From NCBI GenBank assembly GCA_030390025.1, contig CM059431.1, positions 158,784,001 through 158,848,000 of the forward strand: a stretch of 64,000 nucleotides of DNA, in the 5' to 3' direction. Of the stretch, positions 24,846-38,699 are shown one piece after another. How positions within the stretch are numbered: position 1 is the first letter of the stretch; each line of letters starts with the position of its first letter. The notes below the pieces were generated by a model. The model had not been told where the DNA came from and ran no database searches. It saw nothing but the letters and a program-made list of their open reading frames with translations. Both the position numbers and the translations under genes were made by a program. The stretch is from Squalus acanthias. Lineage: Eukaryota.

Positions 24846-26880
24846 GGGTGGGGCAGACAGTGGTTGAAGGGGCGGGTGGGTGGGGTGCTTGTGTTGACGT
24901 GCGCTCCTTGCGCTGTTTGTGCTTGGCTTCCACTTGCTCCCGGCGAAGTGACTCGTGGTGTTCGGCGCATTCCCGGATGCTTCTCCTCCACTTTGTGCGG
25001 TCTTGGGCCAGGGATTCCCAGGTGTCGGTGTGGATGTTGCACTTTTTCAAGGAGGCATTGAGGGTGACCTTGAAGCGTTTCCTCTGCCCACCTGGGGCTC
25101 TCTTGCCGTGTCCGAGCTCCGAGTACAACGCTTCTTTTGGGAGTCTCGTATCAAGCATACGGACGATGAGACCCATCCATCGGAGCTGATCGAGCGTGGT
25201 CTAAGCTTCGATGCTGGGGATGCTGGCCTGAGCGAGAGCACTGACGTTGGTGCACCTATCCTGCCAATGGATTTGCAGGATCTTGTAAGGTAGCGTTGGT
25301 GGTACCGCTCCAGTGCTTTGAGGTGCCTGCTGTACATGGTACATGTCTCTGAGGCATACAGGAGGGCGGGTATTACTACTGCTCTGTAGACCATGAGCTT
25401 GGTGACGCAGTTTGAGGTTCTGGTATTCAAACACTCTCTTCCTACTGCCCTGGCACACTGAAGGCTGCGTTGGACTTCGTCATCAACGTCTCCCCTTGTT
25501 GACAGTAGGCTCCCGAGGTATGGAAAGTGTTTCACGTTGTCCAAGGCGTTGTCGTGGATTGTGATAATCGGGGGGCAGTACTGTGTGGCGGGGGCAGGTT
25601 GGCAGAGGACCTTTTTCTTACAGTTGTTTAGTATAAGGCCCATGCTCTCTTACGCTTCGGTGAAGGAAATAACAAAGGTTTGGAGTTCGACCTCCGGTTG
25701 TGCGCAGATGCAAGCGTCGTCTGCACACTGTAATTCGATGACAGAGGATGGGATGACCTTGGATCTGGAATTGAGAGACGGAGTTTGAAAAGTTTCCCAT
25801 TTCTTCTGTAAATTAACTCCACTCCAGCAGTACTTACTGATGGTGAAATGGAGCATTGCAGCAAGGAACACCGAGAGCGCGTTGGTGCGATTACACAGCC
25901 TTGCTTGACCCAGTTCCGTACGTGAATTAGGTCTGTGGTGGAAACGTTGGTCAGGATCACGGCTTGCATGTAGTCCTGAAGCAGGCGGAGGATGGTGACA
26001 AACTTTGGAGTGCAGCCGAATTTGAGGAGGACACTGCCTAATCCCTCACGTTTGACAGTGTCAAATGCCTTTGTTCGTTCGAAGAAGGCCATGTACAGCG
26101 GTTGGTTCTGTTCCCTGCATTTCACTTGTAATTGGAGAGCTGTGAAAATCATGTCCATTGCACCACTTACTGGTCGGAATCTGCATTGCGACTCTGGGAG
26201 GAGATCTTCAGCCACTGGGCGAAGGCGATTGAGGAGGATTTTTGCGATGACTTTCCCTGTGGCTGATTGCAGCGAAACTCATCTGTAATTAGCGAAATCG
26301 GACTTGTCACCTTTCTTGAAAATGGTCACAATTACGGCGTCTCTGAGATCCCCTGGCATGCTCTCCTCCTTCCAGATAAGCTAAGTGAGTTCATGAATTC
26401 GCACCAGCAGTGCTTCTCCGCCATGCTTTCGTGCCTCGGCAAGGAGTCCATCTGCTCCTGAGGCCTTGTTGTTCTTCAGTTGTTGGTTGGCCTTTTCAAC
26501 CTCATGCCGGGCTGGGGTTGTGCTGAGATGGTGGTGGGTAGCATGTTGCGAGATGGAGTTGAGACACTAGCGTTGAAGACAGAGTCTCGGTAAGGAGTTG
26601 TTCGAAGTGCTCCTTCCAGCGGGCACTGACTGCCTACTTGTCCTTGATGAGTACCTCCCCGTTCTTGGCCAGCAGTGGGTTAGGACATTGGGTGATTGGG
26701 CCGTAGGTGGTCTTGACTGCGCTAAAGAATCCACCCACACCGTGGTTGTCGGCGACTCCTGGATCTCCTGCGCTTTCTCCACCAACCTACTGTTCTTTAG
26801 ATCGCGAGTTTTTTGTTGGACCGAAGCCTTAAGGCGTCTGTAGAGCTGCTTTCTTGCTCTCCAGTTCTGTTGCTGGGTAA
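24845..26880 (-). mobile_element. RTE (BovB-like) LINE, 5'-truncated, degenerate RT
   Basis: AEDLLPESQCRFRP, MIFTALQLQVKCREQNQPLYMAF, VKQGCVIAPT, ELQCADDA, HFPYLGSLLS, RLPKEALYSELGHGKR. Confidence 0.92.
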
Positions 26881-27689
26881 AAGTGCAAACAAGCGAGGGC
26901 ATTCCCACTGAACTAGACAACGGGGGAGAGGTGTTGGATGATGTTGTGCTCGACCGTGTAAAGGCTTCAGAGGTCAAGTAGAATGAGGAGGGATAGTTTA
27001 CCACGGTCACAGACATAGAACGTTTCATTTGTGACTTTCATTATTGTCACCTTAGTGCTGTGGCAGTAGCGGAAAGAGATTCAATCATGTCCTTGTGTGA
27101 AAGATGGGCAGAGATTCGAGAGCCGACAAAACATTGTTGGGAAAGTGAGGCTAGAGATGGAGGTAAACATGTCTAACTCTTCACCCACGTGTTAAACTGG
27201 GCACATCCCTGTGTTCAAACTCCCTCCTCTGAAATACACAAGTCTCATTTGTGGTTTAATGGTAGAGAGATTGTTAAACTCATTACAATTTAACAGATCA
27301 TTCCACCTGCTCTCACTGGGCGACTGGAATCTCCCAGTTCCACCGGAGGGGTTTGCGAGCTGCAGGTTACAGAATTAGAGCAAAGCTTTCGATATCCTTG
27401 TTTTACAAAACTGCTTCAGAAAATGCAGTGCCGTCACTTCACTTTTGTTAATACACAGAATTACACAGAATGTAAAGCTCAGAAAGAGTCAATTCCATTC
27501 AACTGGTCCATGCCTGTGTTTATACATCACATGAAAATCCTACCATTCCTCTTCATCTAACCCTATCACAAACTCTGCTAATTCCTTTCTTCCTCTTGTT
27601 TATCTCGCATACCCTTAAATGCATATCTTCATTGCAGTGAGGCTCTGTAACCTGGAGCTTGCCCTATCATTGACCCAATACAGAACACG

Positions 27690-30600
27690 TGCTGTTATTT
27701 ATATGTCCAACTGACCCAACCCCGTCCCCCCAACGACTCAGCCCGCCCCCCAACCGAAACAGCACTACCCCCACTGACCCAGCCCCAACAATCCCACTGA
27801 TCCATTCCCGCCAAGCACCGACCCAGCACTGACCCCCCGAACGACCCAGCCCAACTCCCACTGACCCAGTTCCAACAGCCACATTGATCAAGCCCCGCCT
27901 CCCACTAACCCAACCCGAAACCCAAAATGAACCAGCCCAGACACACTCACGGACCCAGACCCGACACCATCACTGACCGAGCCCCAACACCCATCACTGA
28001 CCCAGCCCCGACACAATTAACTGACCCAGACCTGACACCTTCACTGACCCAACCCCGACACCCTCACTGACCCAGCCCCGACACCCTCATTACCCAGCCT
28101 CTACACCCTCAATGATCCACCCCCGACACCCTCATGACCCAGCCCCGACACCCTCACTGACCCAGCCCCGACACGCTCACTGACCCAGCTCCGACACGCT
28201 CACTGATCCAGCCCCGACACCCTCACTGACCCAGCCCCGTCACCCTCACTGTACCAACTCCGACACCCTCACTGACCCAGTCCCGACACCCTCACTGACC
28301 CAGCTCCGACACCCTCACTGACCCAGCACCGACACCCTCACTGACCCTGCCCCGACACCCTCACTGACCCAGCTCTGACACCTCACTGACCCAGCCCCGA
28401 CACCCTCACTGACCCAGCTCCGACACCCTCACTGACCCAGCCCCGACACCCTCACTGACCCAGCTCCGACACCCTCATTACCCAGCCTCGACACCCTTAC
28501 TGACCCAGCTCCGACACCCTCACTGACCGAAACCCGACACCCTCACTGACCCAGCCCCGACACCCTCATTACCCAGCCTCTAAACCCTCAATGATCCAGC
28601 CCCGACACCCTCATGACCCAGCCCCGACACCCTCACTGACCCAGCCCCGACACGCTCACTGACCCAGCTCCGACACGCTCACTGATCCAGCCCCGACACC
28701 CTCACTGACCCAGCCCCGACACCCTCACTGTACCACCTCCGACATCCTCACTGACCCAGTCCCGACACCCTCACTGACCCAGCTCCGACACCCTCACTGA
28801 CCCAGCTCCGACACCTTCACTGACCCTGCCCCGACACCCTCACTGACCCTGCCCCGACACCCTCACTGACCCAGCCCCGACACCCTCACTGACCCAGCTC
28901 CGACACCCTCACTGACCCAGCCCCGACACCCTTACTGACCCAGCTCCGACACCCTCATTACCCAGCCTCGACACCCTTACTGACCCAGCCCCGACACCCT
29001 CACTAACCGAAACCCGACACCCTCACTGACCCAGCCCCGACACCCTCACTGACCCAGCCCCGACACCCTCACTGATCTTGCCCTGACACCCTCTCTGAAC
29101 AAGCCCCAACACACTCACAGATCCAGCCACGACACCCTCATTTACTCTGCCCCGGCAGCCTCACTGACCAGGCCACCATCACCCTCACTGAAGCAGCCAC
29201 TACACATTCACTGACCCAGCATCGACATCTTCACTGAGAAAGCTCTGACATCCTCACTGAGCCAGCTCTGACAGCCTCACTGATTTACCCCGACAGCCGC
29301 ACTGACCGAGTCCCAACACCCTCCCTGACCCAGCCACGACACCCACACTGACCAAGCCCCGAAACCCTCAGCGACCCAGCCCCGATAGCCTCACTGACAC
29401 AGCCCCGAAACTCTCACTGACCCATCCCCGACACCTTAACTGACTCAGCACTGACACCCTCACTTACCCCGCCCCGGCACCCTCACTGACCCAGCCCCGA
29501 CACCCTCACTGAACCAGCTCCGACACCCTCACTGACCCAGTCCCGACACCCTCACTGACCCAGCTCCGACACCCTCACTGACCCAGCCCCGACACCCTCA
29601 CTGACCCAGCTCCGACACCCTCACTGACCCAGCCCCGACACCCTCACTGACCCAGCTCCGACACCCTCACTGACCCAGCCCCGACACCCTCACTGACCCA
29701 GCTCCGACACCCTCACTGACCCAGCTCTGACACCCTCACTGACCCAGCCCCGACACCCTCACTGAACCAGCTCGGACACCCTCACTGACCAAGCCCTGAC
29801 ACCCTCACTGACCCAGCTCCGACACCCTCACTGAACCAGCTCGGACACCCTCACTGACCAAGCCCCGACACCCTCACTGACCCAGCTCCGACACCTTCAC
29901 TGACCCAGCCCCGACACCCACACTGACCCAGCTCCGACACCCTCACTGACCCAGCCCCGACACCCTCACTGACCCAGCTCCGACACCCTCACTGACCCAG
30001 CTCCGACACCCTCACTGACCCTGCCCCGACACCCTCACTAACCCAGCTCCGACACCCTCACTGACCCAGCCCCGACACCCTCACTGACCCAGCTCCGACA
30101 CCCTCACTGACCCAGCCTCGACACCCTCACTGACCCAGCTCCGACACCCTCATTACCCAGCCACGACACCCTTACTGACCCAGCTCCGACACCCTCACTG
30201 ACCGAAACCCGACACCCTCACTGACCCAGCCCCGACACCCTCACTGATCTTGCCCTGACACCCTCTCTGAACAAGCCCCAACACACTCACAGATCCAGAC
30301 ACGACAACCTCACTTGCTCTGCCCCGGCACCCTCACTGACCAGGCCCCCATCACCCTCACTGAAGCAGCCAATACACCTTCACTGACCCAGCATCGACAT
30401 CCTCACTGAGAAAGCTCTCACATCCTCACTGAACCAGCTCTGACAGCCTCACTGATTTACCCCGACAGCCCCACTGACCGAGTTCCAACACCCTCCCTGA
30501 CCCAGCCACGACACCCACACTGACCCAGCCCCGACACCCTCACTGAACCAGCTCCGACACCCTCACTGAACCAGCTCCGACACCCTCACTGACCCAGCCC

Positions 30601-32624
30601 CGACACCCTCACTGAACCAGCTCCAACACCCTCACTGACCCAGTCCCGACACCCTCACTGACCCAGCTCCGACACCTTCACTGAGCCAACCCCGACACCC
30701 TCACTGACCCAGCCCCGACACCCTCATTACCCAGCCTCTACACCCTCAATGATCCAGCCCCGACACCCACATGACACAGCCCTGACACCCTCACTGACCC
30801 AGTCCCGACACCCTCACTGACCCAGCTCCGACACGCTCACTGATCCAGCCCCGACACCCTCACTGACCCAGCCCCGACACCCTCACTGAACCACCTCCGA
30901 CACCCTCACTGACCCAGCTCCGACACCCTCACTGACCCAGCTCCGACACCCTCACTGACCCAGCCCCGACACCCTCACTGACCCAGCTCCGACACCCTCA
31001 CTGACACAGCCCCGACACCCACACTGACCCAGCTCCGACACCCTCACTGACCCAGCCCCGACACCCTTACTGACCCAGCTCCGACACCCTCACTGACCCA
31101 GCTACGACACCCTCACTGACCCTGCCCCGACACCCTCACTGACCCAGCTCCGACACCCTCACTGACCCAGCCCCGGCACCCTCACTGACCCAGCTCCGAC
31201 ACCCTCATTACCCAGCCTCGACACCCTTACTGACCCAGCCCCGACACCCTCACTGACCCGGCTCCGACACCCTCACTGACCCTGCCCCGACACCCTCACT
31301 GACCCAGCTCCGACACCCTCACTGACCCAGCCCCGACAACCTCACTGACCCAGCTCCGACACCCTCATTACCCAGCCTCGACACCCTTACTGACCCAGCT
31401 CCGACACCCTCACTGACCGAAACCCGACACCCTCACTGACGCAGCTCCGACACCCTCACTGTTCCTGCCCTGACACCCTCTCTGAACAAGCCCCAACACA
31501 CTCACAGATCCAGCCACGACACCCTCACTTGCTCTGCCCCAACAACATCACAGCCCCAGCCGCGAAACCCCCACTGACCCAAGCACGACATCCTCACTGA
31601 CCCAGCTGCGAAACCCTCACTGATTCAGCCGGACACCTCCACTAAGCCAGTCCCGACACCCTCACAGACCCAGGCCCGACACGCTCTCTGACCAAGGCCC
31701 GACAGCCTCACTGTCCCAGACCCGACACCCTCACAGACCCAGAAGCGACACCCTCTCTGACCCAGCCCCGAAACCCTCACTGAGCCAGCTCCGACACCGT
31801 CATTGACCCAGCCCCATCACCCTCACTGACCCAGACACATCACCCTCATTGACGAAGACCCGCACCGCCCTCCAATGAAACAGCCTCGACCCGACACCAC
31901 CACTGACCAAGCCCACGACAGATACCCAACTGATCCAGCCTCGACACGGTCACTGACTTAGTATCGAATCCCTCACTGACCTTGGCAAGCCCCGACATCC
32001 CACTGACCCAGCCCAACACCGGCTCCCTCACTGACCCAGCCGCGACACCTCCCTGACCCAGCGCCGAATCTCTCACTGACGTAGTATCGAATCCCTCACT
32101 GAGCCAGCCCAACACCGATACCCCACTCACCGAGCACAAAACCGACACCCTCACTGACCCAACCCAACACCGTCACCCTCACTGACCCAGCCCCGACACC
32201 CCACTGACCCAGCCCAACACCGACACCGCACTGACCCAGCCCAACACCGACACCCCACTGCCCCAGCCCAACACCGAAACCCCACTGACCCAGCACAACA
32301 CCGAAACTCCACTGACCCAGCCCAACACTGACAACCCCCTGACTCAGCCCTACAAAGGAACCCCACTGAACCAGCCCAAAACTGACAACCCCCCTGACTC
32401 AGCCTTTCACCGACACCCCGCTGACCAAGCCATACACCGATACCCTCATTGACCCAACAGCGACATCCCACTGACCCAGCCGAACACCGTCACCCGACTG
32501 ACGAATTCCTTCACCGACACCCCACTGACACAGCCATACATCAACATCCCACTGAACCGTCCGAAAGAGATACGCCACTGACACAGCCCTACAACGACAC
32601 CCCACTGAACAAGCCCAACACCGA
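27690..32624. repeat. Large satellite array; 23-bp unit ACTGACCCAGC(C/T)CCGACACCCTC in ~27950-31850, grading to 27-bp units distally
   Basis: Direct tandem repeats with alternating CCCC/CTCC variants and longer duplicated variant blocks. Confidence 0.97.
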
Positions 32625-33486
32625 TGTAGGATACGGTGCATCTGTATGATTTAGTAAACATTATTAAGATTCTAAAATCATTTTTGTATAACTATAATAT
32701 GTGAAAATGTATGTTAAAAACCTAGAAACATGTAGAAAATGGCGCTTGGCTGAGAACAAGGCAGGAGGGGGAAATTATGCCAACCTGACTAAAAACCTTT
32801 GTTTTCAATTACTGAAGTAATGAAATGTAGTGCTAAGTCTACGGAGACTGTCAGGGACGTGGTAATCGGTAACGTTATGGGAAAGAGTTAAGAGTTAGAG
32901 AAGAGAGAATGGGATTGGAGGCATCCCTCAGTAATACCACTATAAGATGGACAGACTGCTTCGACAAAATCTTGAGAAATGATCTTTGAAAAGAGAACAT
33001 CTAAAGCTAAGGGCACTTTGTTATGCAGAAAGGGAGACCTAGAGGAATCAACAAGGTGAATAAATGTCCTATGGAGACTGACAAGGAAAGCAGGGATATT
33101 TACCAGGAGTCAGAGAGCTGATTACTGTCAGGTAGGCAAAAGGAAGAGAAAGGGTATAAAGATACAGATGTTGAACACTGAAAGCAGCTCGCACCGCTTA
33201 ATCAGAGTTGAATAAGCTTCAGTTAACAGAACACAGCAAGAACCAAGAGAAGCGAGCTTCAGTCAACAGAACACAACAAGATAATTAAGAGACCACGCCA
33301 CAGTCACTCGGAAGGAACGCCGAGGCTCAAACGAACAAGACTGTGACTGTCTCCTTGTTAATTATGACTTCTTTGTACTGGATGCTTAATGCTTAATAGA
33401 CCTGTTTTACTTATACACAATATACCTGTACCAAAGTGCTTTGTGTAGTCACGGACAAATTATTCTAAGAGCTTTTGAAAGATACA
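32625..33486 (+). mobile_element. Solo LTR (862 bp) inserted in satellite
   Basis: Begins TGTA, ends TACA; 4-bp direct repeat CCGA on both sides (32621-32624, 33487-33490); TATA-like GGGTATAAAG at ~33152; AT-rich against the flanking satellite. Confidence 0.85.
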
Positions 33487-34787
33487 CCGACACCCCACTA
33501 AGCAGCCAAACACCTACACCCCACTGACACATCCCAACATCTGCACCCCACTCACCCAGACCAACCCTGCACTCACCCAGCCCAACACTGACAATCCACG
33601 GACACATCTCCACCCCACATATGGCATTGCACCGTGTCTGGCACAAGACGGCGGGCAGAGTATTCTAGGGTACCGAGCCCACATGATGGCACATTAGCTC
33701 ACCTGGCAGAAGATTGTGGACATGCTGAAAATACTGTAAAGTTTCTGCAGGATCCAGGGATTGATTTGGAATGAGATAGCTTGCAGAAAAGATCCTGGCT
33801 GGGTAGAATAGCCGAATTACCCGATTTATTGGTTTGATGAGGCAAGATTACAGTCTCCGCAACAACAGATTTAATTTATATAGCTTTTTTAACGTAATAA
33901 GATGTTCCAAGGAACTTCGCAGGAGCGTTATCAAACAATATTTGATACCGAGCCACATATTAGGACAGGTGACCAAATGTTAGGCCAAGGAGGTAGGTTT
34001 TAAGGAGCGTCATAAGGAGAGAGAAGGAATTCCAGACTTTATGGCAGTAGAAGGTATGATCACCAATGACGGAGTTATTCAATTGGAGGGTGCGCAAGAG
34101 GCCAGAATTAGAGAATTACAGAGATCTCGAGGTTTAGGGATTGGCGAGGCCATGAAGGGTTTTGAAAACTAGGTTGAGATTTATTAAATCGAGGTGCTGC
34201 CGAATCGTGAGCCAATGTAGTTCAGAAAACACATGTGTGATGGGTGCTTTCTATTTCAAATCTATACAGACACGTCTCAGAAAACCTGCATCAAATAGGT
34301 CAAATACGACTTGTCTACAGCTAATCTGTTCCAGGCTCGGCTTTATCTCTAAATGTTTACTGATTCAACCTGGAATTACAGATTCGAACAGCTTAATCAC
34401 AAATAACAGTCTAACTGGTCTGCAGTTACCCGGCTGATCCTCTCTGTCTCCATTTTAACAGAGATATTGTTTGGGCTCTATCAGTCTAGATGTACATTCA
34501 TGATATTATATGAGGATTGAACAACTGTATTCAGAGTCCCTTTTATTTACCCTATGATTTCCTTTAACAATATGGGGTGCATTATCTCTGGGTCGAGTGA
34601 CTTATCCACCTCAGCTATTTTACTCAGATTCAAATCCTTCCTTACACTAATCTCCAACCATGGACCCACATCCCCCTTCATTACATCAACATTTTCACTT
34701 CCACCATCAAAGGAATTATTTTGTATCTACTCAAACCTTCACCCTCCACGAGTTTCCCCCAGCTCCCCCTCTATCTCACCTCCACTG

Positions 34788-34951
34788 TAACGTTCCCGCT
34801 AAGCTGCACGAACGCGCAGTTATCTGGAGATCCCGCGCAGGCCGCTTACCGGTTTTTCTATGTTAGATTTGGCACAAGCGTGAAATTGTAAATGGGCCCC
34901 GCAGATCGTTATAGGCAGATGCATCCCAAAAAAAAAATAGCGGGAACATTG
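34788..34951. mobile_element. Short MITE-like element; second copy ~38485-38646
   Basis: Inverted termini AACGTTCCCGCTA ... TAGCGGGAACATTG; absent from the paralogous position at ~19470. Confidence 0.65.
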
Positions 34952-35177
34952 CTTTTTCACTTCTTATTGCTTATCTGTGTACATATGTATTACATAGAAA
35001 TACAAATATACAGCACAGAAACAGGCCATTTGGCTATCCCAACCTAAAATCATATCAGTTGATTCCCTTCCCGCTGCTCCATTCACCTATACTTTAAAAC
35101 AATTGTTGGTGGGTTGAGTTCGTAGCCGTCCCTTCCCTTCTCCGTGAACCCATTCTAGTGCCCCAACAACGTGAATC

Positions 35178-38100
35178 CTTCCATCTCACTCCAGACAAGG
35201 AGTCCCACATTGACTTAACACATATTTCCTCATTAAGCAGCCCAGTGCAAAACAATACAGAGCACCACCTTGAGACCTTGTCTTTAGTCTAGTGCCTCAG
35301 TATCAATATTCCCTCTATAAACGTATTTCTATTCGTGTTACTGATTCCGACCTTTGGTAATTTTTGCTCTCCTTTCCTTCCCAGAGATGTTCCCACCTGT
35401 TCCAGGATGTTCTTCCCTCTGGCAACAGGGAGGCAACTTATCATTTTGCACCAGCTCAGGGCTGCAGACGAGTCTTTATATTCCCCTGACTATAGAATCT
35501 CCCACCTCTATTGATTTGCTTTTCCTGTGCACCACCTGCCTCTCACCCCACTTGGGGTGGCCTCCTGCTCCCTGCTACCACACTGTTGCTCAGGAAGACA
35601 CTCCTCTGAGTCACTGTCTCTATCCAACTTACATTCCCCAATACCAGATAACTATTGGACTGTTCCAGTACGCAATGCCTCCCTCCAACTTTGACTGCGA
35701 TGTCCCTTTAGATGATCACTCACTTCCCTCTTTCTACTCAGCCCCTGTCCAGTTTCCTCTTCATGTGTGAGCTGCAGGTTCTTGCACGAGATCTGGACCC
35801 TATGTCAGGACAGAAATTATATTTTAAAGTATTTTCTGAACCTACCTGTGTCCTTGCTCCTGCTCAGGCTTCTGGAAAAAATGTCTCCCCTGTTTGGATC
35901 TTCAACCATTGTGATGACAGGCGTTCTCAGTCGCTGACGCACTGTAATAAATATAAAATTAACAGGAGGGATAGATGGAAATATTAAAATGAGAAGGAGA
36001 ACGTTGCATTGTTAAAAAATATATCAAGTCGCTGTTAGCTATGAGATCGAGCATTTCCCGAGTGTTACGATCAACTCTCCACATCAGGTGTGACACAAAC
36101 AGCTGCCCAGTAAAATCCAGTGATGCCCGCTGATCGTGTGTGTGCATGTTGGCTGGCGCTGCGGACCCGAACCGTTCACTTTTATTTCCACGTTTTTCTC
36201 CACTTTTCCTTTTCTCTCTATCCCTCCCTGATCGCTTTCTTTTGTCATCATGCCTCCTTTCATCTCTTCTTCTGGCACACACTGCTCTTCCAAATCCAAA
36301 CACCAACGCTTCATTACTCTTCGAACTTCCTACTTTCCTGTTGACATCCCAGGTTTGACACCCTCTTAGATAAGTCTACAGCTTCCCTCTGTGTCTCTCT
36401 TGGCATCCTCCGAAATTCCCACCGTGGCACTCGTTGCTGCTTCCTCACGAGCAGCAATCCCAACTGTATTACCCTACTCTTTCGTCAAGCTTCCCGCCTA
36501 GCCCATTCGCTGTGGTCTAATCTTGTCAATCTCCTTCCCGTCTAACTCAGCCCTCCCAGTGCTGAACCTTTGGACACTGGCAGTGGATTAGACATCACCG
36601 AATCTCTCCGCATCTACCTCCAGAATGTTGATTCTTGCCATTCATGAGCATATCGTGGATGATTGCATCGAACACATGGCCCTGACGGAAACTTGGCTGA
36701 GGGGTGATGACATCTTACCCTTAAATGAAGCCTCCGCGCCGAGCTATAGGTTCTTCCAATTGCCCAACACAGACAGGCATGGCGGGAGTGCGGCTCTCAT
36801 TAACACGCCCAAACAACCCCACTGTCCCAAACCCACACTAATACCCCACTGACCCAGCCAACACCGACACCCCACGGACCTAGCCCCGACCACCCCACTA
36901 ACCCAGCCCCACACTGACAACCCACTGACCCTACCCCGACACCATCACTGACCTAGCCCCGAAACCCTCACTGACCCAGCCCCGAAAACATCACTCACCC
37001 ATCCCCGGCACCCTCACTGACCTAGCTTCGACACACTCACTGACCCAGCCCAACCCCGACACCCCACTGACCCAGACCAACAGCGACACCCTCACTGACC
37101 CAGCGCATCACCGACACGCCACTGACCTAGCCCAACACAGATACCTCACTGACCCAGCCCAAAACCGACACCTCACTAACACAGCCCATCGCTGACACAC
37201 TCAGTGACCCAGCCCATCACCGATACTCCACTGACCCAACCCAAAACCGAAACCGCACTCACACAACCGAACACTGCACTCACCCAGCCCGACACTGACA
37301 ATCCACGGACCCAGCCCCACCCCACAGGATGGCTGCACACCATGTCTGTCACAAGAGGTCGGGCTCAATATTCTAGGGCTCCGAGCCCACAGGATGGCAC
37401 TGTAGCTTCCCTGGCAAAAGGTTGCGGACAAGATGAATGTGCTGTAAAGTATCTGCAGTATCCAGGGACTGATTCCGAATGAGATGGCGTACAGCAAAGG
37501 TCCTGTCTGGATAGAATAGCCAAATACCCGACTTACCCGGTTGATGAGGCAAGATTACAGTCTCCACAGCAACAGCTTTCATTTATAAAACTTTTTTAAC
37601 GTAATAAGATGTTCCAAGTTACATCGCAGGAGCGTTATCAAACAAAATTTAACACCGAGCTAAATATTAGGACAGGTGACCAAAAGCCTGGCTAAAGAGC
37701 TATGTTTTAAGGAGCGTCATAAGGAGAGAGATGAATTTCCAGACTTTATGGCAGTTGAAAATTCGGGGATGCGCAAGTGGCCAGAATTACGGGATCGCAG
37801 AGATCTCGACGGTTTAGAGTTGGAGGAGGTGACACAGATTGGGAGTGGCGAGCCATGGAGGGATTTGAAAACACTGATGAGAATTTTTAAATCGAGGTGT
37901 TGCCGGATCGTGAGCCAGTGTAGGTCAGAATGCACATGGGTGATTGATACTTTCAATAGATCTATACAGACATGTCTCAGAAAAGGTGCATCAAAAACGT
38001 CAAATACAACTTGTCTACAGCTAATCTGTTCCAGCCTCGGCTTTATCTCTAAATGTTCATTAATTCAACCTGGAATTACATGTTCGAACAACTTTCTCAC

Positions 38101-38352
38101 AAACAACAGATGAATTGGTCTTCAGTTACCCGCAGATCATCTCTCCCCATTTTAACAGAGACATTGTTTGGGCTCTTTCAGTCCGCCTGTACATTTCTGA
38201 TATTATATGAGGATAGAAAAATTGTGCTCAGAGTTCCTTTTATCTCCCCAGTGATTTTTCTTTAACAGCCTGAGGTGCATTATCTCTGGGTCCAGTGACT
38301 TATCCACCTCAGCTATTTTTCTCAGATCCAATTCCTTCTGTAATGTGATCTC
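35178..38352 (+). repeat. Segmental duplicate of 1-3247
   Basis: Base-by-base colinearity starting CTTCCATCTCACTCCAGACAAGG; paired ORFs in the track (807..1130 vs 35959..36306; 2266..2475 vs 37373..37582). Confidence 0.95.
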
Positions 38353-38699
38353 TAACGGTGGACCCACATCCTCCTCCATTACATCAACATTTTCACTTCC
38401 TCTATCAATGGAACTCTTTTTTACCTGCAAAACCTTCACCCTCCACGAGTTTCCCCCAGCTCCCCCTCTATCTCACCTCCACAGCAACGTTCCCGCTAAG
38501 CTGCACGACCGCGCAGCTAAATGGAGATCCTTCTCAGGCCGCTTACCGACTTTTCCATGGCAGATTTGTCTCATGCGCGAAATTGTGAATGGTCCGCTCA
38601 GCTCATTAAAGGGTGCCGCACCTAAAAAATATTAGGGGGAACATTGCTTTTTCCCTTCTTAATGCTTACCTTTGTACATATAGATTACTTAGAATTACA

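Noticed and set aside
27950..31850. CRISPR-like array of 23-27 bp repeats
   Set aside because: Repeats are head-to-tail with no unique spacers, there are no cas genes, and the context is a vertebrate genome
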